A stretch of DNA of 64,000 nt from an uncultured Candidatus Entotheonella sp. Its GTDB lineage: Bacteria; Tectomicrobia; Entotheonellia; Entotheonellales; Entotheonellaceae. The stretch is from positions 1,376,001 through 1,440,000 of the forward strand of contig OZ244252.1 of the NCBI GenBank assembly GCA_965217185.1, read 5' to 3'. Positions 20,639 through 32,005 of the stretch are shown here, in pieces (within the stretch, counting starts at the first letter, position 1; every line of letters starts with the position of its first letter). The notes under the pieces were generated by a model that searched no databases, had not been told where the DNA came from, and worked only from the letters and a program-made list of their open reading frames with translations. Made by a program: the position numbers and the translations under genes.

Positions 20639-21947
20639 TAAGGACTCTCGCCAAAATAGATCATTGATTAGCGTCTTGGGGACACCGTATAGTTCCACTC
20701 CCCATGGAACTTATCGCGTTCGATAGCAATTCTCGCCAGCTGGGCCTCCGTCACCTCTCGACCCGTCGGATAGCTCCCGTCGTCCAACTCCGCCTGTATC
20801 TCCAGACCGCCCTTCGTAGTCGTGTTGCCGATCAAGTTCACCACCGCCTCACGGCTTACCAACGGGCGTCCACGCCAGTTCTCGGTAATGTGACAGAACA
20901 TCCGGTGCTTGATCTTGTTCCACTTGCTCGTTCCGGGTGGGAAATGGCACACCGATATCGCCAGTCCCAGCTCATCGGCGAGCCGCTGCAGCTCCAACTT
21001 CCACAGACGGTTGCGGCTGGCGTTGGAGCCGCCACCGGCCGCCGTGATCAGCAAGCGCTGTACCCCGCCATAGACACGCCATCCCATCTGCCGCCACCAA
21101 CGCCGAATCGTCTCCACCGCAAACGCCGCCGTGTCGTGGTCCACCCCGACACTGACCCAGCCCTCGTTGGCCACCAAGTCGTACACCCCGTAAGGAATCG
21201 CCTTGCCCAACTCCTTGTCCGGGAAGTCGTACACCTTCACTTCCTCCGGCCGCCCCTGCGGTCGCCATTCTCGCCCGCCGTTGCGGTACTGGCCTAGCAA
21301 TTCCTTCTTCTCCGTGTCTACCGATATCACCGGCTGACCCTGATCCTGGAACGCTTGGCAGCGTTCGTTGATATGTGCAAACTGAGCGTCCCGATCAGGA
21401 TGCTGGCGGCCTTCCAGCGTCTTGCGGTTCGTCTGCAACCGGTAGCCCAACTCGTGCAGCATCCGGTTCACCGTCCGTTCACTCACCGGATGACCCTGCG
21501 CTTGCAGTTGCGCGGCCAACTTCGCTGCACTTTTGCAGGTCCAGCGCAACGGACTTGTCGGATCACCACGGCTGAGTGGTTCAACCAACTGCTCCAACGC
21601 CGTGCGCAGGTCCGGGTCCTGTTCGCTCAGCCGCTTGCGGCCCCCGCCCGCTCGGCGTTGCCGTCCCGCTGGCGCCGCTGGCGGACCCTGCGATTGCGTA
21701 GCGCCCAGTTCCTGCAAGCCTGCGCGTACCGTGCTGCGTGCGATGCCGGTCGCCTGGAACACCCGTTGATCCCGCCACGACCGATGGCGCGGGCTTCGGT
21801 CGCCGCCCATCGACGCCGGCCTCGTTCGTCCAACAACGGCTTCAGTGCCTCGAACTTCTCTTTGATGGTCTGCGACACGGCGTTCATCCGCACAGCATAC
21901 CAGGTTATTCCGTAAAAATGGATGATCTAATTTGGCGAGAATCCTTA
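20639..21947 (-). mobile_element. ISAzo13-family IS, transposase frameshifted near the 5' end
   Basis: 26-bp IRs TAAGGA(C/T)TCTCGCCAAA(A/T)TAGATCAT; HPDRDAQF, PVISVDT, PPGTSKWNKI, FHGEWNY; N-terminus (21887) in another frame. Confidence 0.93.
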
Positions 21948-21985
21948 GTATGGAAGTGGTGAAGGGTCAGGAACGGGATAAAGGG

Positions 21986-24268
21986 TTACCCGCTGAGAAA
22001 TGGCAGGGCAATCGGCAGCGTATTCTTCACCGCGAACAAAAGGTGGACCAGCATGAATATGCCTAAGGCCCATTCGATATAGGCGATCCACAACACTGCA
22101 TGCCAACATGGATAGGTAGTTCCGAACCCCAGTTTGAAGAACGCCCGCCCCGAGAGGTACATTGCGTCTCTAAGGGGATGTATGGACCGCGTCTGCTTGT
22201 CAATACTCGCGAGAAATTGTTCGAATGGACGGAAACGTAGGGCGTGCCTTGGCTCTGGAGGGGGAGCCAGACTGACAAGTAGCTGCTGCTTCTTGATGCT
22301 GATCTGTATGTAGAAACAGAGCCAGTAGAGGATAGTGAAGAGCAACACGAGAACGACGGATAGTAGACCGACCCGAAGGGGGTCGATTCCATAACGAGAA
22401 GGGACATCCATCAGAATCCAAGGCACCCAGCTTTTCATCTTGGCGTTTTCAGTATCCCGGGCCGCTACCATCCCGAGATACCAAGCCTCGTTTTCACTTC
22501 TCCTGTTGTTCCCTTCTCGGAACGACAATTCGAGGGTTTTATAGATTTTTGAAAGCTGTTCATTTTTATCTTGCGATCTATCCAAGTCGGCACACGAGAA
22601 TGATTTACGCCGTTCGATTTTGACGGCTCGAATACGACTTTCTTCTAAAGGAAAAGAGGGAGACAGATTGTGGAAGACCCTCCCGAGTTGTTCGCCGTAC
22701 AGGTGTTCCCCGTCCATGACAAGTCTGCTGATGTGATTGAATGAAAGGCACAGACGGGATTTCTTTTCCAGTTCGTCGTTATCCGTTTTCCTATTTTGGA
22801 ATATCGCACTTGTGAGATCCCACAAACCGCGAAAACGGTTCCGGACGAAGATAGCATCATTCCAGAATCTGGTACGGAGGAAGTCTGCCGCCTTCTCGAA
22901 TATGACGTTCTCGAATACGACCTTTCCTGTTCCACCGAGTTCGGCATAGGACAAATCAACCAAATCAGAAAAGAAGACATTGTTGATTACAACGCTCTTA
23001 AGCTCCGCTTCACGCCCATCGAAGATACCTTCGACGCTTGAGGGGCGATTGTCACTGTCCCATCGAAGAGCTTCGATTACGGCATTACGGAAATCTGCTC
23101 TTCCTTTCCAATTTGTGCCTTTCAGGAAAATGCCCCTTTTGACGTGCGTCGATCGAAAATTCGAATCCCCACCGAAAGTGGTGTTATGGAAGTCAGCGTT
23201 ACCCTTGAATCTGGTGTTACCAAAATCTGCGAAATCGCGGAAGGCGACGTGGCGAAAGTGTGAGTCGCCGTAGAAATTGGCGCCATTAAAATCAGCGCGA
23301 TGGAGGAAGGTGGCTCTCCGGAAGCGTGCATTGTTGCCGAACTTGGTGCGATCAAAGTCAGTCTGGTCCTCGAAGATGGCATTATGAAATTGAGCTTCGT
23401 TGCCGAATGTGGCGTCTTCGAAGTCAGCGTGGGAACCGAAAGTGGCGTTATTGAAGCCGGCGTGAGAGCCAAAGGTTGCGGTATTGAAGCGAGCGCCATC
23501 GCCGAAGCTGGTCCCATTAAAATGAGCCAAATCACCAAAGGTGGCACTGCCAAAAGAGGCGGATCTGCTGAACGTGACGAAACCAAAGTAAGCGAAATCG
23601 CCGAAAGTGGCATGACGAAAGTGAGCGTCATCCCCGAAGTTGGTATGAGTAAAATTAGCGTGGTCGCCGAGATTGGCGTAATCAAAGACAATGGGGCCGA
23701 CAAATTTGGTATGCATGAAGTTGATTTCGGCCTCAAAGGTAACACGCTTAGCCGAAACTGACGGCCCCAAAGTAACGTCTGTCCATTCAATGGGTGCGGT
23801 AATAACGTATCTGACGTCCTCGCCGGGTTTTGCTATCCTCCGCGCCGCAAGTTTCGCCATGTTGATCGATCCTTCTTCTCCGAAAGACCACAGGACGCTG
23901 GCTTGAATTCGAAGACCCTTCTTCTGGGCCGAGACTTCTTTCCATGCCGTTGCGTACTGGTCGAAATCCACGATGTGATTTATGAGTGGTTCGCCGTCTG
24001 TCAGACAGCGCTTGATGTGCACCGGCTTTAGGCGGACGCCATTTAGTTTCTCCACTATCGTCGGATTGCTTTGAATCTCCTGTGGCAGCATGGGCTCGCC
24101 CCTGCCGTTTCTGGGGATTACAGACTCAGCTTCACCGTTGTCGCAGGGCACAGCCTGCGAGAGGGCAGGCTGCGAGTGCACGAAAATGAGAAAAATTAGG
24201 ACGACAATAATGGCAATTAGCGGGATTCGCGTCTGGATAATGTTCCACTCCAGAAGAGTTGAAGACAC
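21986..24268 (-). CDS. Pentapeptide-repeat membrane protein with a C-terminal 2TM channel-like module
   Basis: N-terminal hydrophobic helix; many 11-aa A.F..ATFG repeats; C-terminal TM-loop(KLGFG)-TM. Confidence 0.8.
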   Translation of the reverse strand: MSSTLLEWNIIQTRIPLIAIIVVLIFLIFVHSQPALSQAVPCDNGEAESVIPRNGRGEPMLPQEIQSNPTIVEKLNGVRLKPVHIKRCLTDGEPLINHIVDFDQYATAWKEVSAQKKGLRIQASVLWSFGEEGSINMAKLAARRIAKPGEDVRYVITAPIEWTDVTLGPSVSAKRVTFEAEINFMHTKFVGPIVFDYANLGDHANFTHTNFGDDAHFRHATFGDFAYFGFVTFSRSASFGSATFGDLAHFNGTSFGDGARFNTATFGSHAGFNNATFGSHADFEDATFGNEAQFHNAIFEDQTDFDRTKFGNNARFRRATFLHRADFNGANFYGDSHFRHVAFRDFADFGNTRFKGNADFHNTTFGGDSNFRSTHVKRGIFLKGTNWKGRADFRNAVIEALRWDSDNRPSSVEGIFDGREAELKSVVINNVFFSDLVDLSYAELGGTGKVVFENVIFEKAADFLRTRFWNDAIFVRNRFRGLWDLTSAIFQNRKTDNDELEKKSRLCLSFNHISRLVMDGEHLYGEQLGRVFHNLSPSFPLEESRIRAVKIERRKSFSCADLDRSQDKNEQLSKIYKTLELSFREGNNRRSENEAWYLGMVAARDTENAKMKSWVPWILMDVPSRYGIDPLRVGLLSVVLVLLFTILYWLCFYIQISIKKQQLLVSLAPPPEPRHALRFRPFEQFLASIDKQTRSIHPLRDAMYLSGRAFFKLGFGTTYPCWHAVLWIAYIEWALGIFMLVHLLFAVKNTLPIALPFLSG

Positions 24269-24458
24269 AGGCCGCTTGGTCCGACACGACTGTCCGCGGA
24301 CTGTACACCTATTAAGGTTTGGTATTAATGTGCGTTTCGTTTGAGATTAAGAATTTTTCCGAGTTGAGGTGCCCGTGAAGCCGTTTTGGCCAGAACCGGG
24401 CAAGCCTTCCCGAAAATTCTTGGTATCAAAGTGAACGCACTTTAGATACGGAGCTGCT

Positions 24459-25510
24459 CTAACCGAAGAACGCGAAATCTTCGGTGTTGTGGAACGGAAA
24501 CCGCAGCGCGCCCCAAGAGTTCTCGATGCCGAGGTAACGGCGCAGCGCCTTGTGGACGTGCTTCGGGTAGATGATCGTCCCGCCCTGATCGTTGCGGCGC
24601 AGGTTGTGCGGGTCGATCCGGTAGCCGAAATGCAGTTCGTCGGTCTCCCCTACCACCCGGTTGGTCCAGCGCTGGTTCTTCTCCATGACGATGTAGCTGC
24701 CGATGGGCCAGTGATCCTTGCCCGCCACCGCGTTGTAGAAATTGGTGCGGCCGAAGTCCGAACCCATCACCACCACCAGGCGGTCGGCCACGCCGTGTAT
24801 TTCGGCGTACTCCCACAGGTAGTCTACCGAAGCGGTCAGGTTGCCCAGGAGCCATTCATGCTCCGGGTCGTGGTTGTCGTGCGTATCGAAGCCGCCCAAC
24901 CACAAATCCGCGCTCACCGCGACACCCGTCTTGAACGCCAGCACTGCCAACTGCGCCTGTTGGCGCAAAGAACTGTAGTGGTCATTTGGCCCCGCCTCCC
25001 TTCGCTCAAGTTCATCCTCGGGCGGAATCGCATCCACGTACGCCTTCAGTCCCTCGGTGGGCGAGCGCCGAGCGGTAGATGTTCAAGTGACGCTCATCGG
25101 CCGGCAACGGATTCGGTGTCGCTGCCAGATGCTCCGCGGTGGCCGACCGATACGACTTCAGGGCCTCCCAATTCGCACCACTGATTATCCGTTCTTCCAG
25201 ATTCCAGATCTTGCCCCCCGGGTCGGCAACGGCGCGCAGCAGGTCGGCCCTGTCGATCCGAGTAAATCGCGTCACGCCGGCGGTCTGGGAGTAACCGCCA
25301 AAGCTCAGATAGGGAATCGGCAGGGCCGGCGCGTAGTAGGCGGCGAGCAGCGCGCTCAGCGTCGGATAGCCGTCGGAATTCCGCCCGCTCCAGTTGTGCA
25401 CGATGCCCACGGTGTGCGAGTTCGTCTGCGCGTCCACGCCGTTGATGACCAGCATGTGCTGGTAGTACTTCTCGAAGAACGTCACGTTGTTGGCAAAGGG
25501 GGCGTAGAAT
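24459..25510 (-). pseudogene. DUF1501-like protein, 5'-truncated and frameshifted near 25040
   Basis: GGFDTHDNHD, VMGSDFGRT, GKDHWP; upstream NGVDAQTNSH in a different frame. Confidence 0.8.
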
Positions 25511-25725
25511 CTGCAAAGGCCACGAGGTGCGGCCCCCAGACCGGGGAAGAAAGGGGTGACTGCTGTATCCCCTCCGCCCTCTCCAGTGCTGTGCCAGACC
25601 CCTGCGGCGCCATGCGAAGGACCGCAGGGTGACCGCGCAATTGCGCATCAGAGCAGCGTGGCCTGCGATCATCACCACGCGACCCCTCACGCGCCCCTGG
25701 TCAACGATGCCGGACGGCACGCGAC

Positions 25726-27607
25726 TCACGGCTCCTTGTGCGCCCCGAAAGAGCCAGCGAAGCTTTCTGCGCGGTGCGTTTCGCCGTTGTGCCGCCACGC
25801 CGTGAAGGCCCCGGCGAAGGATGTCGGATGATCCGTCGCAACCCTTCCGTTGCCGCCGAAGATGCCGCCCCAAGACACCCAATAGTCCTCATGGTTAGCC
25901 TCGCCTCGAATCACCCCACCGTCAGATTCGGGAAATATGTTCTGCACGCCTGATGGATCGTCGTAACGTTTGCTTGACAGCTCAAGCTCGTCAACCGGCG
26001 TCGGCCTGCCGCTGTCAAGGGCGATGTTGAACACCCGCCCGCTGACGGTGCCGAAATCAGCGTCGGTACCGAAATCGGCGTTTAGCTCCACGTCGGCGCC
26101 GAAGTCGTCAACGTCATAGCTGGCTGCGTAGATACCCCGAGCCTTGCCGGTGTATTGCGCCGTACCCGCAAGCGCCATCAGATTGCCGGCGTCGAATGGC
26201 TCCCCGACGGTAGCGAACAGGCCGAACTCATAGGCATGCACTTCAGTCCAGTCCTCTGGCATGTATCGCCAATTCCCGAAACTCAGGTAATCCGCGGCAG
26301 GTACCGGATGCGGCTTTATCCCTTCCCCTGGGATTTCCGTTTCGGGACTACTACCGTCATCAGGGGTAAAGATGATGCTGAGTAGATTTGGCTCATATCT
26401 GTCGCGGTGGCCGGGTGACATCGCCATGCCACAACCGGATTGAGAGTCCAAGCACATGTAATGTCCTGGGACGCCATCTAAGGTGCCATGCAACCCAGCT
26501 TCAGGAAGGTTGAAATACTGGTAATCCCGGTCAGCCGGCAGAGGGTCAATGTCGTCCAGGGTAATCTCATGCTGGAAGTCATCGCGGACATTCGGCTGTG
26601 CGAGATTGTCAGAGGCATCGGCATCCGTGTAGAAATCGACTCTGAGCGTGCCCCCATCGTCATACACCTTTGTCGCCTGAATGCCTTGCCAATCGGCGCC
26701 AAGCCGTGAATCTTCGAGTGCCCGCACTGTCGTCGTGACGCCAGGCTGCTCGTCTCCTACTTCGGTGGTATCAATGAATCTTCCCGGATGGACTGCCACG
26801 GGAGTGGTCTGAACCTCACGCCCCCCTCCCTGGGAGGTGCCGATATCCACATAGAACTCCAGGTCGCCATCGGGGTTTATCCATGGGGCGCTATGGAATG
26901 CCGATCCATACCTGGGATGACCTACTACCCATGTTGCGTTGTCGTTTGACCACCAGGGTTGCCCTTGCAGGCTGAATTTCCAGCTTTCCGCAGCCATGAC
27001 GTGCGCCGCGACCGCCGCGCCGCCGACTTGCATATCGGCCACGGCGCCTCGCTCGGCAGCCTTTCGGACGGCCTCAGCCGTCTCGAGGTCCTGCGTCAAC
27101 GTCTCCAACTGTGCCCGCAAGTCTTCCAGGTCCTGATCGGTAATGTCTCCCCGCCCGGACAATTCCGCAACCTCGTCCCGGAGCTCTTGAAGCGCCTGCG
27201 GGGTGATGTCTGGCCGGCCCATCAGTTCTTGTACTCGGCCCCGGAGATCAGCCAGGGCCTGCGGCGTGATATCCGCCCGACCCATCAGCGTCTGCACCTG
27301 GTCCTGAAGGTCTTGCAGGTCCTGGGCGGTAATGTCCGGCCTGCCGATGAGAGTGGCGATCTGGGATTGCAGCGCCGCCACGGCATCGGGAGTAAGGTCG
27401 GCTCTCTGTGCCAACTCTTCGATCTGCAGGCGCAACGACGCGATTAATTCCTGCGCTTCCGCTCCCGCTTGATTGGCCATGTCGAGTTGCCCTTCCAATT
27501 CCCTTGTCTTGCCGTCATCGGAACTCGAACAACCCATCACTGCCACGCAGAACACGACCACCGAACAAACCATCACGATATTACGGGGGGGGGGGGGATA
27601 ACATCAT
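25726..27607 (-). CDS. Surface lipoprotein: coiled-coil stalk plus transferrin-binding-protein-like beta-barrel; start out of frame across a C13 tract
   Basis: Lipobox VMG-C; about five 21-aa repeats R(A/P)DITPQAL..L; GTAQYTGKARG, ADVELNADFG, AGSFGA; AGGAGG RBS before ATG 27607. Confidence 0.8.
27585..27597 (-). repeat. Homopolymer C13 (G13 on +) in the signal-peptide coding region
   Basis: ATGATGTTAT-C13-GTAATATCGTG; C13 gives an immediate TAA, C12 restores the frame. Confidence 0.9.
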
Positions 27608-27660
27608 TGGAAGTCCTCCTTTGACCATTTAAAGCCCCAGTTCGCGATCACCTTGCCTTA

Positions 27661-27811
27661 GAGTCTGTTCCATAAGTCCAGAACGACTCTGTCTTTTTGC
27701 CAATGCCGGGTAAACAACCGCCCTTTTGCGGTACCTTTCATGCCAAACCCCTGGAATCGGTGGAAATCGCACCTGCTATTGAGACGTCACCAACTTTAGG
27801 AACAGGCACTC
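27661..27811. mobile_element. About 150-bp MITE with IS5-type IRs
   Basis: GAGTCTGTTCCATAAGT ... ACTTTAGGAACAGGCACTC; same IR family as 10766-10783 and 29320-30093. Confidence 0.7.
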
Positions 27812-27881
27812 AGTCTATACAAAAAAAACTGAAAATCCATAATACATCCCACATGGGAGTATAAAGAGGGCAGAGTCTGAG

Positions 27882-29315
27882 CTCGACTTTGTACGAATTT
27901 GGTCAAGTCAGTGCGTGTAACAGGCCGATTGCATCAAGCCCTGCAGATAGACCCGAGGGATTTCTACCCACTCGGTATCGGGCGTTGATGTTGAAAAATA
28001 CTCGACCTCCCACAGGTGCTGCCGTACCGCTGCCAAAGCGTCGCTAAACGTCGCCTGCTCCTTGGCATATCAAGCACTCTGTCGCACCGCCAAGCGACCG
28101 TCCAGATACAGGCCATGAGCCAGCAGCGCCACCAGCGAATACAAGCTCAGCAGACACGGCGTGGTCCGTTCAATCGCCAAGTCAGACCACTGACGCTGGG
28201 TCTCAAAGCCCAAGTGGGCACGGCTCTCTTCGAAGGTCGTCTCAATGCTCCAGCGCTTGATGAAAGACGCCACGATATCACCTGCCCGGTCACCGGGACA
28301 CGTCGAGAAGAAGGCCCGTGGCGGGTGCTGAGCGTCACAGGGACGTACCAGGACCCACCGCAGTCCCACTACTGATTTGCAAGCGTCGCACGCGGCCATC
28401 GTACCAGCGTACACTCAGGCACTGCCAGGGAGTCGCCGCGTCGTGCAGGCGCTCGACCAAACTGGGCAGCCGCTTGCCCTTGTGACGGGGTCGTCCCCGC
28501 GTGCCCGGCTGGCGAGGCGGTGGCGCTTCGTGAAGCACCGCATCGAGGCGCAAGGGGGCAATCAGGCGCACCTCACACTGCCGACAGGCATGCCCGAGCT
28601 CGACGACACTGTAGGATTGATCCCCGAGCACGGTGATGGCGACTTGCGGCAACCAACGGCGCACCACCCGAATCATCTGGCGTGCCCACTGGGCGACGGT
28701 CTTGTGTCTCAGTCCCAGGCGCTCACTGACTTGTGGCGTTGGCGCCGGCACGCTCAAGATGGGCAAGGCCCAGCAACGGCTATTCCAGGGTGGCGTGATG
28801 ACCAGGGTCAGCACGATCCAGCGAAGGCCACTGGTGCTGACGGTGCGCTTGCGGCTGGAAGCCAGCGGGTCGCGGTAATGACCGCGCTTGCTGATACGTC
28901 GGCCCCAGCGCCTCTCCAGAGTTTCATCAATGACGAACGTGAGGCTGCCGCCAGCGGCATCGAAGGTCTGCACCAGCATGGATAGCAGACAGCGACTGCC
29001 TTTGAGAGCGGACCAGCGAGCACGATTGAATACCTGATGGTAGAGACTGAACGACGGCGTGTCGTCCTGTCCGGTGTGTCTCAGGGCTGCCGTCACGGTG
29101 CGTCGTCCGTGGGCCAGCAAAGTTCCGATGAAAAGGCGTTGGACTTTGCGCCAAGTGGGTGCGCTAAAGAGACTTTGAAAGGGCGCCAGGAGGGTGCTAG
29201 GGTGTGCTGAAGGGGGCATCGCTGACCTCGCTGCAAGATGGTTGGTGTGGAATCCGTCATCCTACAATACGGCGGCGATGTCCCTGGAGCCCTCCTCATT
29301 TTGTACAAAGTCGAG
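27882..29315 (-). mobile_element. IS701-like element, transposase broken near 28335
   Basis: IRs CTCGACTTTGTAC / GTACAAAGTCGAG; 5-bp flanking repeat CTGAG; VIDETLERRWG, LGDQSYS, RWSIETTFEE. Confidence 0.88.
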
Positions 29316-29319
29316 CTGA

Positions 29320-30093
29320 GAGTCTGATCCATAAGTCATCAGGCGGCGATTCCGCTTGGCGCCCTTGGGCTTGGGCACGATCTCAATCAGCTCCGATACA
29401 CCCAATTCTTTCAACGCATCCTGGAGCTTCGGACCCGCATAGCCACTATCGGCAAAGAGCCTCTCGACACACAGCCACCTCAAGGAGCGCCATAATCACA
29501 GCCGGGGCACCGTCGCGGTCCTGCACCGACGCCGCGTGGACATCAACCACGATCGGAGAGCCTTCGACGTCAACTGCGATATGGCGCTTGCGGCCCACAA
29601 CCTTCTTGCCGCCATCATAACCGCGCGGCCCCCCACTCTCCGTCGTCTTCACACGTTGGCTGTCGATAATCGCCGCTGTCGGCTCAGGCCCGCGACCTGC
29701 CTCAGCCCGCGCAAGATCACGAAGCGCATCCATCATGCGGTCGAAAACACCGCTGCCTTGCCACCTGTAAAAGTACTTCATGACCGTAGAATGGGGCGGA
29801 AAGTCTCGCGGCAGTGCCCGCCACTGGCATCCCGTGGCCAACACATACTCGACGGCATTGAAGACCTCGCGCAGATCTGTCTGGCGTGGACGCCCCAAGC
29901 GTCCCTGCTTGGGGATCATGGGTTCAATGGTCGCCCATTCTTTGTCTGTCACGTCGCTTTCGTAGCGTCTGCCGTCACGTTTATAATCCTTACGAGTGGT
30001 CCTGTTCCAAGGCATGGGGTCCTCCAAGGCTGATGTTGCAATCAACTCGGAATACCACATGTCGGGACCACTCACGACTTATGGATCAGACTC
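29320..30093 (-). mobile_element. IS5-family element, transposase frameshifted and internally deleted
   Basis: Perfect 18-bp IR GAGTCTGATCCATAAGTC; YESDVTDKEW, TGCQWRALP, AIIDSQ, GRKRH, FADSGY. Confidence 0.92.
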
Positions 30094-30204
30094 TTACGCC
30101 TCCAAATCACAACACAGCCGAAGTCCTGAATTCCCACTAAAAATTGCGGGGGAATTTCGCCAAAGTTTCCGTAGCGGCGGAGCACCGACTTCCCATGACG
30201 GTAT

Positions 30205-31080
30205 TCAGCGCCGCGGCCCCGACAATTCCGACAGCGACAGCCGCACCAAGTCCGCCTGCCGCGAGATGCCCAACTTGTCGTGCGCCTGCCTGATCAGCCA
30301 ACGCACCGAGCTTTCCTGTCGGCGCGTCGCCACGGCAATGTCACGCACGCTGCTGCCTGTGGCCAACCAGGCTGCCACCCGGCTCTCCGACAGCGTCAGG
30401 CCCAACGTCGCTGACACCAGCTCCGGATCGACTCTCGGCCGGCTCAACGGGTCGACCACCAGCACCAGCGCGGCGACGCGACCGCCGCTGACGTCCATCT
30501 GCCGGACCGTTACGGGGTTGACGTGCAATGCCAACCGCGGCAGGTGCGGCGAGCGCCGGACCGTCATTGAACCGCCGACCGCTTCGCCGCCATACGCCGG
30601 CAGGGCGCCCGCCAGCAGCTTTTTGAGTTGCGCGTCGTCCGCCGCGTATCGAGCCCGCAGGAAACCGCCCCGGTCATACAACCCGTCGCCTTGCAGCAGG
30701 ACCTCCCGCACGCGGTCGTTCAGCGCCACGGTTTTGCCTCGACGGTCCAGGTGGATGACCCCAAGCCGTGTATTGTCGAGCAGCAGGGGGAGGGATGCGC
30801 CCAAGGCCTCGGCGTTGACCAGCGCCTGACGCACGTGGACGAATTGACGGACATGGGGCAAAAGGCGCTCGATCATCTCGATCTGGGCGGAACCCCAGCC
30901 GCCCCGTTCGCTGGGGTCGGTAAGCATCCAGACAATGTGCGATCCATCAGGGCCGTCCAGGCGCACGTTCAGGCTGTTCTGGGCACCGGCCCGGGGCAAT
31001 GCCTCGTTGTACGTCGGCGAGGTCTTCAATTCCCGATCGGTGTAGAGGTCGCTGACGTGCATCACGCGGCTGTCGGGCAT
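30205..31080 (-). pseudogene. PAS/LuxR-type HTH regulator, N-terminus apparently missing
   Basis: GLTLSESRVA...HDKLGISRQADLVRL; ORF starts mid-domain and abuts unrelated remnants. Confidence 0.7.
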
Positions 31081-31094
31081 GGCCGGGAGGCCGA

Positions 31095-31320
31095 ATGATC
31101 GTACTGGTTCGCGCGCCAGGGAGCGCCCACGCCGGACCTGTCGCAGGCGTCCGGTTTCCGTCTCTACAGCATGCTGGTGGAGGCTGCGGTGAACAGGCTG
31201 GGGGCCGCTCGGGCGCCCGAACGCTGTTGCCTCATCACCACCGCCGCCTCACGGCAGCGGCCCGAGAGGTGCAGGCGTTTCGCGAGTGGATCCTGGAGGA
31301 GGCAGAGAACGGCGGCCGGG
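31095..31320 (+). pseudogene. LysR substrate-binding domain C-terminal remnant
   Basis: EVQAFREWILEEA and MLVEAAVNRLGAA segments in different frames. Confidence 0.5.
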
Positions 31321-31399
31321 AAGCTTCGGGCGGCTTGCCGCGCTACCCGTGATGCGGGGGCAGGCGCCGCTTCAGGCCAGCGTGAGGGCGGCTTCGAGA

Positions 31400-31510
31400 G
31401 CCAGGTGCCGAGCCGGTCGGCAAGGCACGATCCAAAAGGGCCTGCCCCAGGCGCCCGGCGTAGGCCAAAAATACGCCGACCTGGCGGTTCTCGACTTTCC
31501 CTGTGAGACG
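31400..31510 (-). pseudogene. IS701-family transposase fragment
   Basis: GKVENRQVGVFLAYA...ALLDRAL. Confidence 0.75.
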
Positions 31511-31604
31511 AGCTTGACACGGCCAAGAAATTTGGCTAGGGTTTCGCGCGCAAGTCACTCGTTAACGAGATTTGTTCACATTTCGCAATTGCGAGAAGGA
31601 GACA

Positions 31605-31838
31605 ATGGTGAAGAAGGTACTGACTCTCATCATGGCATTGGGCTTGGTAGTGGCCTTTACGGGTGTTGCGATGGCCGGCATGTGCGGTGGCCCGAAGATC
31701 ACCCTGACGCAAGCCAATGCTGACCCCACCAATACCCAGCAAAACGACCCAATCGTCATGGCCCAGGCGGAAATGACGGAAGACACTTCCCCAGTCGAGG
31801 GTACCGACGAAGAAAAGACGGACGACGACAGCAACTAA
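31605..31838 (+). CDS. Small secreted acidic protein
   Basis: AGGAG RBS; signal peptide ending AMA; promoter-like TTGACA-17-TAGGGT at 31514-31542. Confidence 0.75.
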   Translation: MVKKVLTLIMALGLVVAFTGVAMAGMCGGPKITLTQANADPTNTQQNDPIVMAQAEMTEDTSPVEGTDEEKTDDDSN

Positions 31839-31855
31839 TTGTCCCACCGTTTTTG

Positions 31856-31893
31856 CAGGCCCTGGGCGGCTCCCGCTGCCGGGGCCTGTTTTT
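31856..31893 (+). terminator. Intrinsic terminator
   Basis: CAGGCCC...GGGCCTG stem followed by TTTTT. Confidence 0.75.
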
Positions 31894-32005
31894 GGTTTGA
31901 CCGCCTTAAGGCCTCGTGCTTCACGTACCGACCTGATTTTCCCCGGCGTATTTCCTCTGCATACTTGAGTATTACCGGCCCGCACATTCTTACCCATTTG
32001 CCGTG

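Noticed and set aside
23170..23720. 33-bp periodic repeats as a possible array
   Set aside because: They are degenerate coding repeats of the pentapeptide protein.
17925..25870. DGR template/variable repeat pair (17.9 kb vs 25.8 kb)
   Set aside because: Differences are not adenine-specific, include indels, and no RT is present.
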